DNA of 32,000 bases from Patescibacteria group bacterium (GCA_041649575.1 JBAZMW010000002.1:120001-152000); one strand, 5' to 3'. Shown: positions 8,773 through 18,571, counted from the first letter of the stretch. Translations and numbers: made by a program. Notes: generated by a model from the sequence alone, not told the origin.

Positions 8773-9321
8773 ATGTTGCTTTATTTATTCTTGTTTTTAT
8801 TTTTATTTTTAACGATTTTTGCCCTGCTGATGTCTTTCTCTTTAATCGTCGGCCTGATTCAAACGGGGGGAGTGCCTTTCGTTTCTACCTCTAGAAGAGG
8901 TTTCGACGCCATTTCGCAATTAGCCGAAATAAAGCCCGGTGATATTATTTACGATTTGGGTTGCGGCAAGGCGCATTTTCTGATTCAGACGGTTAAAAAA
9001 CATAACGCCCGAGGCATCGGTTACGAATTGGCTCTTTGGCCATATCTGTGGGCCAAGTTTAATGTTTGGCGGAGTCGGGCTAGGGTAAAAATTTATCGGA
9101 AAAATTTTTTTAAAGCCAGTCTTAATGAAGCCGATGTCGTTTTCTGTTATCTGTTTCCCGGGACAATGGTCAAATTGGAGCCGAAATTTAGCGTTGAATT
9201 AAGACCCAACGCCAGGGTGGTTGTCGCTGCTTTCCAGTTACCCAATCTAGAGCCGAAAAAATCAGTTTTAATTAATGATAATAACACAAAATTAGGTAAG
9301 TTTTATCTCTATGTTTTTTAG
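8773..9321 (+). CDS. membrane-anchored class I SAM-dependent methyltransferase
   Basis: N-terminal hydrophobic helix, VPFVSTS motif, SAM motif I (IIYDLGCGKAH). Start codon uncertain. Confidence 0.65.
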   Translation: MLLYLFLFLFLFLTIFALLMSFSLIVGLIQTGGVPFVSTSRRGFDAISQLAEIKPGDIIYDLGCGKAHFLIQTVKKHNARGIGYELALWPYLWAKFNVWRSRARVKIYRKNFFKASLNEADVVFCYLFPGTMVKLEPKFSVELRPNARVVVAAFQLPNLEPKKSVLINDNNTKLGKFYLYVF

Positions 9322-9331
9322 AGACGAAGGC

Positions 9332-9360
9332 TTGATTTTATTGGCCAGAAGCATTATAAT
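9332..9360 (+). promoter_or_regulatory. promoter of tRNA-Glu
   Basis: TTGATT (9332-9337), 17-nt spacer, TATAAT (9355-9360), 22 nt upstream of the tRNA. Confidence 0.5.
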
Positions 9361-9382
9361 AAAGAAACATGATTAAAAATAA

Positions 9383-9457
9383 GCCGGGTTCGTCTAGTGG
9401 CTAGGACGCATCCCTCTCACGGATGAAACACGAGTTCGATTCTCGTACTCGGTACCA
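9383..9457 (+). tRNA. tRNA-Glu (anticodon CUC), CCA encoded
   Basis: Hand-folded cloverleaf: acceptor GCCGGGT/ACTCGGT, D stem GTCT/GGAC, anticodon stem CATCC/GGATG with loop CTCTCAC, T arm ACGAG-TTCGATT-CTCGT. Confidence 0.9.
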
Positions 9458-9495
9458 GTAAAAGTCATAGAATTATTAATAGTTTATTTAAGTTT

Positions 9496-11154
9496 ATGAA
9501 AAAAATTTTTAAAAGAAAGTCCTTTTGGTTAATTGTGGTCGTTATTCTCCTCCTGATTGTCGGTGGAGTTTATTATCAGTTTAAGCAGGGATCCTCTTTG
9601 ATCGAATATACCACCGAGAAAGTCAAGCGAGGCAAATTGGTTCAGACAGTCACGGCCACCGGCCAGGTCGAATCAGCCGAAGAAATAAATCTTAATTTCC
9701 AGATCACCGGCAAGCTGGTTTATTTGAAAGCCAAAGAGGGTGATACGGTTAAGGCTGGCGACGTACTGGCTAGCTTGGATTCTGGCGGAGCAGCCGCCTT
9801 GATCAATCAATACAGAAGTAATGTTTCTGCCGCCGCAGCCGATTTGGCAAAAGTCAAAGCCGGTTCCTCCCCCGAAGATATAAAGGTGACAGAGGAACAA
9901 TTTCTCAAAGCCGAGGCCGATCTGGCTAATCTAAAATCAGAAAGCACCAATCAACTGCTGATTTTGCGAGAAAAAAATTTGGATACTTTAAATAATGCTG
10001 TTTTTACTTTTACCGTGGCCCTAGATAAAGTTTATAATTATTTTATTAATGATAAAACCACTAACGGCCTCCAGGTTACCGACACCAGCTTGTTAAATAA
10101 AGTGGAGAGTGATTATTATTTACTCAGAAAAAACTTGGATTCTGCCAGAGAAATTATCAATCAGGCCAATAGTGTCAAAAGCGATGATTTAATTTTGGCT
10201 TCGTCCGATCAGATGCGGGACTCGATGATAAAACTCAACTATTTTCTAAATGATGCCTTTGGCTTGGGCGACACCATTATTCTTAACACCTATTATTCGC
10301 AAACCACCAAAGACACCATTAAAACCGACATTGGCACTCAACAATCAACCAACAATACCGCCCTAACTTCCCTGCAGACGGCCAAATCAAACCTGATTAA
10401 CGAAACAAACAGCTATAATTCTCAGATCAAAGCCGCCGAAAACAACCTTGGTATTTATCAGGCGCAGCTTAATCTTAAAAAAGCCGGGCCTCGGAATTTT
10501 GAGGTTGAATCGGCCGAAGCCAAAGTAGCTCAAGCCCAGGCCCAGTTGAACAAGGCTTTGAGTGATTTTGGAAATTATACTATCAAGGCGCCAATTAATG
10601 GCAAAATTACCAAAGTTAATTTTTCTGTTGGCGAACAAACCAGCTTGACTGAGCCGGTTATTAGTATGCTGGGTACTGAAAAATATCAAATTAAAGTAGA
10701 TATACCCGAATCAGATATTACCAAAGTTAAAATTGGCGATAAGGTTTCTATTGAATTGGACGCCTTCGGTTCCGATCATCCTTTTTCTGGCGCCATCAGC
10801 TTTGTCGACCCGGCCCAAACTGTAATTAAGGACGTGACTTATTATAAAACCACCGTCAGTTTTGACCAAGATTCCTGGAACGATCAAATCAAACCCGGCA
10901 TGACTGCCAATATCACCATTATGACCGGAGAAAAAGACGATGTTCTATTTATACCGCAACGAGCCGTTAGGGTTAAAGAGGCCTCACTCGGTGAAACTGC
11001 GACCAAGGTCGTTTCTGTTCTGGCTAATAACCAGGAGGAAGAAAAAGTGGTTGTGGTTGGTTTAAGAGGCGATAACGGTTTAGTGGAGGTTCTCTCTGGT
11101 TTGACTGAAGGCCAAGAGGTCATCACCTTTAAAAAGGACAACGGTAAAAAATAA
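9496..11154 (+). CDS. HlyD/MacA-family periplasmic adaptor (efflux), long coiled-coil form
   Basis: N-terminal TM helix, lipoyl-like and beta-barrel motifs (GDTVKAGDVLASLD, IKAPINGKITKV), upstream of MacB-like genes. Confidence 0.8.
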   Translation: MKKIFKRKSFWLIVVVILLLIVGGVYYQFKQGSSLIEYTTEKVKRGKLVQTVTATGQVESAEEINLNFQITGKLVYLKAKEGDTVKAGDVLASLDSGGAAALINQYRSNVSAAAADLAKVKAGSSPEDIKVTEEQFLKAEADLANLKSESTNQLLILREKNLDTLNNAVFTFTVALDKVYNYFINDKTTNGLQVTDTSLLNKVESDYYLLRKNLDSAREIINQANSVKSDDLILASSDQMRDSMIKLNYFLNDAFGLGDTIILNTYYSQTTKDTIKTDIGTQQSTNNTALTSLQTAKSNLINETNSYNSQIKAAENNLGIYQAQLNLKKAGPRNFEVESAEAKVAQAQAQLNKALSDFGNYTIKAPINGKITKVNFSVGEQTSLTEPVISMLGTEKYQIKVDIPESDITKVKIGDKVSIELDAFGSDHPFSGAISFVDPAQTVIKDVTYYKTTVSFDQDSWNDQIKPGMTANITIMTGEKDDVLFIPQRAVRVKEASLGETATKVVSVLANNQEEEKVVVVGLRGDNGLVEVLSGLTEGQEVITFKKDNGKK

Positions 11155-11163
11155 TTTTTTGTT

Positions 11164-11880
11164 ATGGCTCCTCTAATCGAGATTAAGGATCTAAAAAAGG
11201 ATTATATTAACGAAGAGATAATAACCAAGGTTCTCTTCGGGCTGTCTTTTGCCATAGAAAGTGGCGAATTTGTGGCCGTGATGGGCCCTTCTGGCAGCGG
11301 CAAATCGACTTTAATGCACATCCTCGGCTTTCTAGACACCTTAACTAGCGGCAGCTATTTTTTCAAAGGGCGTGAAGTCAGTAATTTGAACGATGATCAG
11401 CTGGCCAAGATTCGCAACGAAGAGGTTGGTTTTGTTTTTCAGGCCTTTAATCTCTTGCCGCGTACCACCGTGTACGATAATGTCAAACTGCCGTTAATTT
11501 ATAGTAATCAGAAAAATCAGGATCAGCTGATTAGAGCGGCCATTAAAGCGGTTGACCTGGAACATCGAGTTAATAATCTGTCCAATCAGTTGTCCGGTGG
11601 CGAAAAGCAGCGAGTGGCTATAGCCAGAGCCTTGGTCAATAATCCCAGTATTATTTTTGCCGACGAACCTACTGGCAATTTGGATAGCAAGTCGGGCAGC
11701 GCTATCATGGAAATTTTAGAAAACTTGAATAATCAAGGACATACTATTATTTTAGTGACTCACGAAAGCGATACGGCCAGGCACGCCAAGAGAATTATTA
11801 AGATGTGCGACGGTTTGATTTGCAGTGATGAAGTTGTCGAACGAAGAAGATCGGTTCGTGACGGTGAATTGAAAAAATAA
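11164..11880 (+). CDS. ABC transporter ATP-binding protein (MacB/LolD type)
   Basis: Walker [10 protein letters not shown], signature LSGGEKQR, Walker B IIFADEPT. Confidence 0.93.
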   Translation: MAPLIEIKDLKKDYINEEIITKVLFGLSFAIESGEFVAVMGPSGSGKSTLMHILGFLDTLTSGSYFFKGREVSNLNDDQLAKIRNEEVGFVFQAFNLLPRTTVYDNVKLPLIYSNQKNQDQLIRAAIKAVDLEHRVNNLSNQLSGGEKQRVAIARALVNNPSIIFADEPTGNLDSKSGSAIMEILENLNNQGHTIILVTHESDTARHAKRIIKMCDGLICSDEVVERRRSVRDGELKK

Positions 11881-11894
11881 AACTACTATTTTTT

Positions 11895-13130
11895 ATGCGG
11901 CTTAGTGATATCGTCAAACTATCTTTTTCTGTTCTGCGTCGCAATCGGATCCGCAGTTTTTTGACTGGCCTGGGAATTATAATTGGTATCGCCTCGGTAA
12001 TAATTATCATGTCTGTCGGCGCCGGAGCCCAAAGCTTGATCATCAACCAGCTCAATTCACTAGGTACCAATCTGATCGGCATTCTGCCGGGAACTTCAGA
12101 CGAGAATGGGCCGCCGGCTTCGGCTTTTGGCGTCATTGTCGCCACTTTAAAATATGAGGATGCCACGGCCATCGCCAAAGAAGTACCCAATGTTTTGGCT
12201 GTTAGTTCTTATAACACCGGTTTGGGGACCATCAGTTATCAGAATGCCAGTTTGGACACCAATTTTTATGGAGTAATGAGCTCTTATCCTATAGTGGAAG
12301 ACACCGAGGTAGGTCTGGGTCGCTTTTTTACTCCGGAAGAAGAAAAAAACAGTTCTCGAGTCGTGGTTTTGGGCTATCAAGTCTGGCAAGAACTCTTTAG
12401 TGGCAGCGACCCTTTGGGCAAAAAAATAAGAATTAATAAAGAATATTTTGACGTTATCGGCGTAATGAAAGAGCGGGGTGTCGCTGGTTTTCAAAATCAA
12501 GACAAACTGGTTTTGATTCCGATTTCCACCGCCCAAAAAATTATGCTCGGCATCAGATATGTTAATTTTATCAGAGCCAAGGTCAACGATGCCAAAAACA
12601 TCGATCAGGCCACCAATGACATCACCTTATTACTAAGAGACCGCCATAATATTTTTGAATCGGGTATTGATGATTTCTCGGTGCGTAATACCAAAGAAGC
12701 TATAGACACACTGACAATGATAACCGACGCTCTGAAATTTTTCTTGGCTGCCATCGCTGGTATTTCTTTGATTGTTGGCGGCGTGGGAGTAATGAATATT
12801 ATGCTGGCATCGGTCAACGAAAGAATCAGGGAAATTGGTTTGCGCAAAGCGGTTGGCGCCAAGAAAGCCAATATTATGACACAGTTTGTTTTGGAGACTA
12901 TAACCATCACCTTGCTGGGTGGGATTATCGGTATAATCCTGGGGTCACTAGTGGCGCTTTTAGTGATGCTTGTCGCCAGATACCTGGGCTATCAGTGGGA
13001 TTTGGTGATCACTATAAATTCTATTTTGGTCGGTGTCGGCATGGCGGTTTTAGTGGGTTTGGTTTTTGGTTTGTATCCGGCCCGGCGGGCCGCCAAATTA
13101 GATCCAATAGAAGCTCTGCGTTATGAATAA
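11895..13130 (+). CDS. ABC transporter permease, MacB-like periplasmic domain plus FtsX
   Basis: Four-TM FtsX topology, REIGLRKAVGA motif, large extracytoplasmic domain. Confidence 0.9.
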   Translation: MRLSDIVKLSFSVLRRNRIRSFLTGLGIIIGIASVIIIMSVGAGAQSLIINQLNSLGTNLIGILPGTSDENGPPASAFGVIVATLKYEDATAIAKEVPNVLAVSSYNTGLGTISYQNASLDTNFYGVMSSYPIVEDTEVGLGRFFTPEEEKNSSRVVVLGYQVWQELFSGSDPLGKKIRINKEYFDVIGVMKERGVAGFQNQDKLVLIPISTAQKIMLGIRYVNFIRAKVNDAKNIDQATNDITLLLRDRHNIFESGIDDFSVRNTKEAIDTLTMITDALKFFLAAIAGISLIVGGVGVMNIMLASVNERIREIGLRKAVGAKKANIMTQFVLETITITLLGGIIGIILGSLVALLVMLVARYLGYQWDLVITINSILVGVGMAVLVGLVFGLYPARRAAKLDPIEALRYE

Positions 13131-14373
13131 TTTTTTTCTACCGTTAAAATTTGCCTGGCAATCTCTGGGCCATCACCGCGGCCGCACTTTTTTGACTATC
13201 GTGGGTATTGTAATTGGTATCGCCGCCGTCATCATGGTCATGTCTGCCGGTGACAGCCTCAAGGGTTTGGTTCTAGATCAGGTGGAGTCTTTTGGTTCGG
13301 ATTTTATTCAGGTAGAGGTAAAGGTGCCCAGCACCGGCAAAAACTCTTTTGACAATGCTGCCGCTATGGTTCAAGGGATTCAGGTGACTACTCTAAAAAT
13401 CGAAGACGCCGAAGCCATAAAAAAATTGTCCAATGTAAAGAATTATTACGCCGGAATTACAGGGCAAGAGGTTATTTCTTATCTGGACACACAAAAGTCA
13501 GTCACTTTTATGGGCATCTCGCCTTCCTTTATCGATATCGATAAATCCAAGATGTCGGCTGGGCGTTTTTTTTCCAAAGATGAGGACAGCGAATTAGCCA
13601 GGGTTTTGACCTTGGGCTCCAAATTGGCCGTCAAGCTTTTTGGCAATCAGGATCCGGTAGGCAAGAGCGTAAAGTTGGGTAAGAATAAATTTTTAGTTGT
13701 TGGGGTAATGGAAGAGCGGGGGAGCGGCTTTGGTTTGGATTTCGATCAATTTGCTTATTTGCCCTTGCAGACGGCGCAGAAGCTGGTGATGGGAGTTGAT
13801 TATGTTGTTTGGGCTACGGTTCAGGTAGAAGATACTAAACTCCAAGATCAAACCGCCGAAGAGATTACAACTCTCTTAAGAGAGAGGCATAAAATAGATA
13901 ATCCTAAGCGTGACGATTTTGCCGTGACCACTGCTGCCGAGGCTATTGACATGGTTAATACTATTTTTGGCGGTATCACCCTGCTGCTGACTGCCATCGC
14001 CGGCATTTCTCTTTTGGTTGGCGGTATTGGTATCATGAATATTATGTATGTTTCGGTCAGCGAGAGAACTTTTGAAATTGGTCTAAGAAAAGCCGTTGGA
14101 GCCAAAAACGTTCAGATTTTGTGGCAATTCTTGTGGGAAGCGATAGTGGTTACTGTTTTTGGCGGTATTATTGGCATCACTCTGGGAATTTTATTTTCAC
14201 TTATCATCAGTTTTGTCGCCGGACAATTCGGTTTTGCCTGGGGCTTTAGCCTGCCGCCGCAAGCGATTATCATCGCTTTTGGTTTTTGCGCCGCGGTGGG
14301 TTTGATTTTTGGCTATTATCCCGCTCAAAAAGCAGCCAAAATGAATCCCATAGTTGCCTTGGGCCACGAGTAA
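13123..14373 (+). CDS. ABC transporter permease, MacB-like periplasmic domain plus FtsX (second paralog)
   Basis: FEIGLRKAVGA motif, same architecture, 8-nt overlap with the upstream permease. Confidence 0.9.
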   Translation: MNNFFLPLKFAWQSLGHHRGRTFLTIVGIVIGIAAVIMVMSAGDSLKGLVLDQVESFGSDFIQVEVKVPSTGKNSFDNAAAMVQGIQVTTLKIEDAEAIKKLSNVKNYYAGITGQEVISYLDTQKSVTFMGISPSFIDIDKSKMSAGRFFSKDEDSELARVLTLGSKLAVKLFGNQDPVGKSVKLGKNKFLVVGVMEERGSGFGLDFDQFAYLPLQTAQKLVMGVDYVVWATVQVEDTKLQDQTAEEITTLLRERHKIDNPKRDDFAVTTAAEAIDMVNTIFGGITLLLTAIAGISLLVGGIGIMNIMYVSVSERTFEIGLRKAVGAKNVQILWQFLWEAIVVTVFGGIIGITLGILFSLIISFVAGQFGFAWGFSLPPQAIIIAFGFCAAVGLIFGYYPAQKAAKMNPIVALGHE

Positions 14374-14387
14374 TTTTTGATAGTTCT

Positions 14388-15503
14388 ATGATTCTCGATC
14401 AATATTTTTCCCATCTCAAAAAAAACGATTGGGCGCTACTGGCCGCCGTATTTTTGTTGATTGCCTTCGGCTTGTCGGCTATTTACAGTGTGGCCTTGGG
14501 TCAGGGATTAGGGGAATTTATTAATTTCAAAAAACAGCTGGTGTGGTTGGTGGTGGGGGTTTTTCTGATGTTTTTTATTTCCAGCGTCAATTATCATTAT
14601 TGGCGTCGCTGGGCTTGGTTGGGTTATTTTTTGGGTTTGATTTTGTTGGTATTGGTTTTGACTCCCTTAGGTTCGACTATTCGCGGTTCTCAAGGTTGGT
14701 TTTCGTTGGGCATTTTTTCTTTCCAGCCGGTCGAATTTATGAAAATTTTTTTAATCATTGTTCTGGCCGATGTTTACAGCCGTTACGCGCGCACTATCAA
14801 TAAATTTTTACAGTTGGTTTTGATTGGTTTGCTGGTAGTTTTGCCACTGGGCCTGGTGATGCTCCAGCCGGATTTTGGTTCGGCCATGGTTATTTTTTTC
14901 GTTTGGCTGTTGTCCAGCCTGCTTTTGATTAGAAAAAAATGGCACTTGGCTGTTATTATTATTCTAATTTTGGCTTCTTTTTTAGTTAGTTGGAACTTCG
15001 TTTTCCAGGACTATCAGAAAGATCGAATTATAACTTTTGTTAATCCGGCTGCCGATCCCTTAGGTAGCGGCTATAATGTCAGGCAGTCGATCATTGCGGT
15101 CGGCGCTGGCCGGCTTTTGGGGCGGGGCTTGGGTTTTGGTAGCCAGAGTCAGTTAAAATTTATTCCCGAAAGCCAAACGGATTTTATCTTTGCGGTAATT
15201 GCCGAAGAGCTGGGTCTGGTTGGCGTGCTTTTGGTGCTAGTTTTTTTCTTTCTGATTTTCTATCGGGTCTATCTTGTTGCCACCAGAGCACCCGACGATT
15301 TTGGCATGTTTCTGGCTCTGCTGATTCTGATAGTTATTTTTGTCCATGTTTTTATCAATATCGGCATGGGTTTGGGTTTGATGCCGGTGACCGGCATTTC
15401 TCTGCCCCTGGTTTCTTATGGTGGCAGTTTTTTGATAGTCACTCTGTTTTTTATCGGCCTAGTTTTAAATATTTACAAGTCAGCCTTGGTTTTCCGGCGC
15501 TAA
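14388..15503 (+). CDS. SEDS-family protein (FtsW/RodA/SpoVE)
   Basis: Multi-TM protein with QPDFGSAM, GLGFGSQSQLKFIPESQTDFIFA and PLVSYGGS motifs. ATG at 14388 chosen; the ORF-track start at 14286 overlaps the permease. Confidence 0.88.
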   Translation: MILDQYFSHLKKNDWALLAAVFLLIAFGLSAIYSVALGQGLGEFINFKKQLVWLVVGVFLMFFISSVNYHYWRRWAWLGYFLGLILLVLVLTPLGSTIRGSQGWFSLGIFSFQPVEFMKIFLIIVLADVYSRYARTINKFLQLVLIGLLVVLPLGLVMLQPDFGSAMVIFFVWLLSSLLLIRKKWHLAVIIILILASFLVSWNFVFQDYQKDRIITFVNPAADPLGSGYNVRQSIIAVGAGRLLGRGLGFGSQSQLKFIPESQTDFIFAVIAEELGLVGVLLVLVFFFLIFYRVYLVATRAPDDFGMFLALLILIVIFVHVFINIGMGLGLMPVTGISLPLVSYGGSFLIVTLFFIGLVLNIYKSALVFRR

Positions 15504-15559
15504 CGCCGTTTCGCCACTAGTCTAGTTTTATAAAAAAACAATAAATTTAATTTTATTTT

Positions 15560-15901
15560 ATGCCAGACGCCTTTTCTACAAATTTTAATCGTTTTTTGGA
15601 TGACGGCCTGAAGATCGTTGCCAATTGCCCGGTTTGCCATTATCATTACAACCCGGGTGAAGCCAAAGTCTTGGAAGAGAATGAGGGGGCTCACTTGATT
15701 TATCTCAAATGTCGTCGTTGTTATTCGGCAATTCTGGTTTTAATAATGGCCAATAATTTTGGCATTAGTTCGGTGGGCTTGATCACCGACTTGGACAGTC
15801 ACGAAGTGATGAAGTTTAAAGCCGCCAAAGAAACAAACAGCGACGACGTCTTGTCTGTTCATCAGCTTTTAGAAAATAATTCTTCCGGCTGGTTTGGCTA
15901 G
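15560..15901 (+). CDS. hypothetical zinc-ribbon protein
   Basis: CPVC...CRRC pair of Cys dyads; no family recognised. Confidence 0.5.
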   Translation: MPDAFSTNFNRFLDDGLKIVANCPVCHYHYNPGEAKVLEENEGAHLIYLKCRRCYSAILVLIMANNFGISSVGLITDLDSHEVMKFKAAKETNSDDVLSVHQLLENNSSGWFG

Positions 15902-15939
15902 GCGGGTTAGTCGTTATTTTTAAAAGCCGCCGCTAAAGG

Positions 15940-15968
15940 TTGACTTTTTAAAATTTTTGTTCTAAGAT
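15940..15968 (+). promoter_or_regulatory. promoter of rplY
   Basis: TTGACT (15940-15945), 17-nt spacer, TAAGAT (15963-15968). Confidence 0.5.
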
Positions 15969-16009
15969 ATTTTAAGTTTTAAAAACCATTTAAATTTAGG
16001 TTAATTATT

Positions 16010-16666
16010 ATGACTAGCAAATTAGAAGCGGCAACCAGAACCCTGTCCGGTAAAAAATTATTCAAGTTAAGGCAGCAGGATAAAATACCGGCAGTTATCT
16101 ATGGCCATGGCTCGGAAAACAAGAGTTTAGAGTTGGGATATTCGTTTTTTTCCAGTCTTTATCAGGAGGCTGGAGAAAATACCATTATTGATTTGGTAAT
16201 CGACGGTGGCGCTCCGGTTAAGGCGCTGATTGCCGATGTTCAGTATAATCCTTTGAGCGGCCGCATTCAGCACGTTGATTTTCAGACCGTCAAGATGGAC
16301 GAAAAGATACACGCTCATGTCAGTTTCGAATTTATCGGCGAATGCCGTCTGGTCAAAGAAGAAGGCGGTGTTTTGATTCATAATCTGGACGAAGTGGAAA
16401 TCTATTGTCTGCCGGGCGACTTGATTCATGAGATCGAAATCGATCTCTCCGTCCTCAAGGAATTCGGCGATGTCATCGCCGTCAAGGATCTAAAGTTGTC
16501 TCAAAAGGTGGAAATCATCGGCCACGAGCCGGAGGATGTAATTGTCACGATTACCCGGCCGAGGGAAGAAAAAGAAGAGGTAGTGGCGGCTCCGGCCGAA
16601 GAGGTTGCGACCAGTGAAGTCAAGGAAGCAGCCAGTGAGAAAGTTGAAAGTACGGAAAAGCAATAA
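16010..16666 (+). CDS. rplY: 50S ribosomal protein L25 / general stress protein Ctc form
   Basis: R..GK...LR..G.IPAVIYG N-terminal signature, two-domain Ctc length with an acidic tail. Confidence 0.9.
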   Translation: MTSKLEAATRTLSGKKLFKLRQQDKIPAVIYGHGSENKSLELGYSFFSSLYQEAGENTIIDLVIDGGAPVKALIADVQYNPLSGRIQHVDFQTVKMDEKIHAHVSFEFIGECRLVKEEGGVLIHNLDEVEIYCLPGDLIHEIEIDLSVLKEFGDVIAVKDLKLSQKVEIIGHEPEDVIVTITRPREEKEEVVAAPAEEVATSEVKEAASEKVESTEKQ

Positions 16667-16680
16667 AATCTATAACTCAA

Positions 16681-16714
16681 AAGAAGGCCGGTATCTAGGC
16701 CTTCTTTTGTTTTT
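16681..16714. terminator. bidirectional Rho-independent terminator after rplY
   Basis: AAGAAGGCC-N8-GGCCTTCTT followed by TTGTTTTT. Confidence 0.75.
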
Positions 16715-16741
16715 GCCGATTTTTACCTGTTGATATTTAGT

Positions 16742-16770
16742 TTGACGTTTTTACTAAATGGTGATATTAT
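16742..16770 (+). promoter_or_regulatory. candidate promoter of the GC-rich non-coding unit
   Basis: TTGACG (16742-16747), 17-nt spacer ending in TGA, TATTAT (16765-16770). Confidence 0.45.
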
Positions 16771-16777
16771 AAAAATG

Positions 16778-17030
16778 CACCTAGTTTTTGGGAATGGGAG
16801 GAGACAAAGAGAGCCCAAGTTGGTGGTGGCGAAGGAGGGGAAAACACACTGACCTTGTCGGTGTGGGATCAACCCGCATTTCCTGGCGGAAGAGGAGAAC
16901 AGCGGTATGGTTCGCGAACGCCCACCCTGATCAAATTATCGATTCTACATAACAGGTAGTCGCTGTTGATACGATTCGGGTGCGTCAAAGCTCGGGGCAT
17001 GGCTTAACGGTCGTGCCCCGGGCTCTCTAT
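16778..17030 (+). ncRNA. candidate structured ncRNA of unknown class
   Basis: GC-rich with no ORF of 60 aa or more on either strand. A 9-bp long-range helix AGAGAGCCC (16808-16816) / GGGCTCTCT (17020-17028) is followed by a T-run; there is an internal GGGGCA/TGCCCC hairpin and an upstream promoter. Confidence 0.4.
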
Positions 17031-17033
17031 TTT

Positions 17034-17903
17034 TTAATCAACTATTTCTAAAATTCGATTGAGGCCGGCTAGGTCTTTTTTTATTTCTATTTTGGAATCT
17101 GGAAAATATTTTTGTGCCAGTTTCTTTGTCTCCTGCGGGTAAGCGTGGCCAATCTCGCAAAAAATCGCTCGTGGCTGGTGGGCCATTTTTTTTATTTGCT
17201 GAAATAATTTATCAGAAAGTTCTAAACCAAACTTGCCGCCGGCCAAGGCCAATTTTGGCTCAAAGTCCAGGGAGTGTCGGTGCGCTTGTTGATTTTTTTC
17301 TAGGCGTAGGTTTTTTTCTTTATCGTCCAGATAAGGAAGATTGGCCACAATAACGTCAATTTTTTTATTACCAACATTCTTCAGTAAGTCGCTTTTAAAA
17401 AATTCAATTTTTACTTTGTTAATCTCGGCATTTAAGCTAGCTATTTTTAGGGCTTTGCTGGATATATCTAGAGCTAAGATTTGGGCCTGTGGCAGGCTTT
17501 TTTTGAGAGCCACGGCAATGCAGCCAGAACCAGTGCCCACATCAACCAGGATCGGTTTTTGGCTTCTGGGCGGTTTCTGGCAATAAGCGATCGCCTCCTC
17601 CACCAATAACTCTGTTTCCGGGCGGGGGATTAGGACGTTTTTGTTGACTTTGAACCGCAGGCCGAAAAATTCTTTGTTGCCGGTAAGATAAGCCACCGGC
17701 TCGTGGCGGGTCCGGCGGCTGATTAATTTTGAAAAAGCTTGCCGCTGTTTGTCGGTCAATTTTTTTTCACCATGGGCATAAAGGAACTCTCGCGGTTTTT
17801 TTAGCACAAAACTTAAAATTACTTCAGCATCCAATCCGGCCGAAGTAATTCCGCTATTTTGCAGTTTTTTGCTAGCCGCTGCCAAGGCTTGTTTGGCGGT
17901 CAT
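17034..17903 (-). CDS. prmC: peptide chain release factor N5-glutamine methyltransferase PrmC/HemK
   Basis: SAM motif VDVGTGSG and NPPY variant NLPY. ATG at 17903 overlaps the upstream TGA (ATGA); the ORF-track start is TTG at 17942. Confidence 0.9.
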   Translation of the reverse strand: MTAKQALAAASKKLQNSGITSAGLDAEVILSFVLKKPREFLYAHGEKKLTDKQRQAFSKLISRRTRHEPVAYLTGNKEFFGLRFKVNKNVLIPRPETELLVEEAIAYCQKPPRSQKPILVDVGTGSGCIAVALKKSLPQAQILALDISSKALKIASLNAEINKVKIEFFKSDLLKNVGNKKIDVIVANLPYLDDKEKNLRLEKNQQAHRHSLDFEPKLALAGGKFGLELSDKLFQQIKKMAHQPRAIFCEIGHAYPQETKKLAQKYFPDSKIEIKKDLAGLNRILEIVD

Positions 17904-18571
17904 AAATTCTCGTAACGTTTCATGGCTCGTCTGGCGCGCCAAACCTGGCCGTTTAGTTTCAGCCGCCAGCTAAAACCCTGCCACAAGCCCCATTTTTTCT
18001 CTTTGATTATTTGGTGCAAGTTTTTCAGGATTGGCGTGGCGACTTTCAGTTTATGCTTCCTGGCGTAGTAATTCATCACCGTTTCAATGCCAAAGTCTAA
18101 AAGATTTTCGTCTTTGGGCAGTGAGTCAAAAAATTTTCTGGTCATAGCCCTTTCACCGCCGATAGCATACATGGGAAAAATTTTTGGTATCAGCGCTCCC
18201 AGGCCAAAAACGCGGTCTCTTAGGCCCACCGACATGGTTGCTTGGCCGTTTAAAACCGGCCGCAAAACTTGTTTGATGTGGCTGGTTGTCAGGTTTTCCA
18301 AATCGGCGTCGGCAAACATGATAATGTTGCCGCTGGTCGCTTTGACTCCGGCCGTCATCGCGCTGCCTTTGCCCTGGCTAGTGGGTCTTTTTAAGACTTT
18401 GACTTTGAATTTTTCCGCTACCTTGGCGGTTTTATCGGTGCAGGCATCGGCTATTACCAAGATCTCGTCCAGTTCTTCCACTTTAGTGACTACCTTTAGG
18501 ACGCTGGCAATATTGTCCGCTTCGTTGTGAGCGGGAATGATCAGAGAAATTTTTTGTTTTTTATTTTTCAT
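17900..18571 (-). CDS. family 2 glycosyltransferase
   Basis: SLIIPAHNEADNI and DADLE (DxD-like) motifs typical of the GT2/GT-A fold. Confidence 0.8.
   Translation of the reverse strand: MKNKKQKISLIIPAHNEADNIASVLKVVTKVEELDEILVIADACTDKTAKVAEKFKVKVLKRPTSQGKGSAMTAGVKATSGNIIMFADADLENLTTSHIKQVLRPVLNGQATMSVGLRDRVFGLGALIPKIFPMYAIGGERAMTRKFFDSLPKDENLLDFGIETVMNYYARKHKLKVATPILKNLHQIIKEKKWGLWQGFSWRLKLNGQVWRARRAMKRYENL

Noticed and set aside
14286-14387. N-terminal extensions offered by the ORF track. The rodA/ftsW extension (14286) is at these coordinates. The same applies to rpsB (22147), gap (25408), prfA (19750), prmC (TTG at 17942) and the first activase-cluster gene (TTG at 4328).
   Set aside because: The extensions overlap upstream genes, promoters or terminators and lack homology. 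Conserved N-terminal signatures begin at the internal ATG codons used in the feature list.
16900-16935. T-box-like AGGGTGG on the minus strand of the second island
   Set aside because: The match covers only a partial core of the T-box consensus. The orientation places it 3' of prmC with no downstream gene, and the promoter and terminator signals favour the plus strand.
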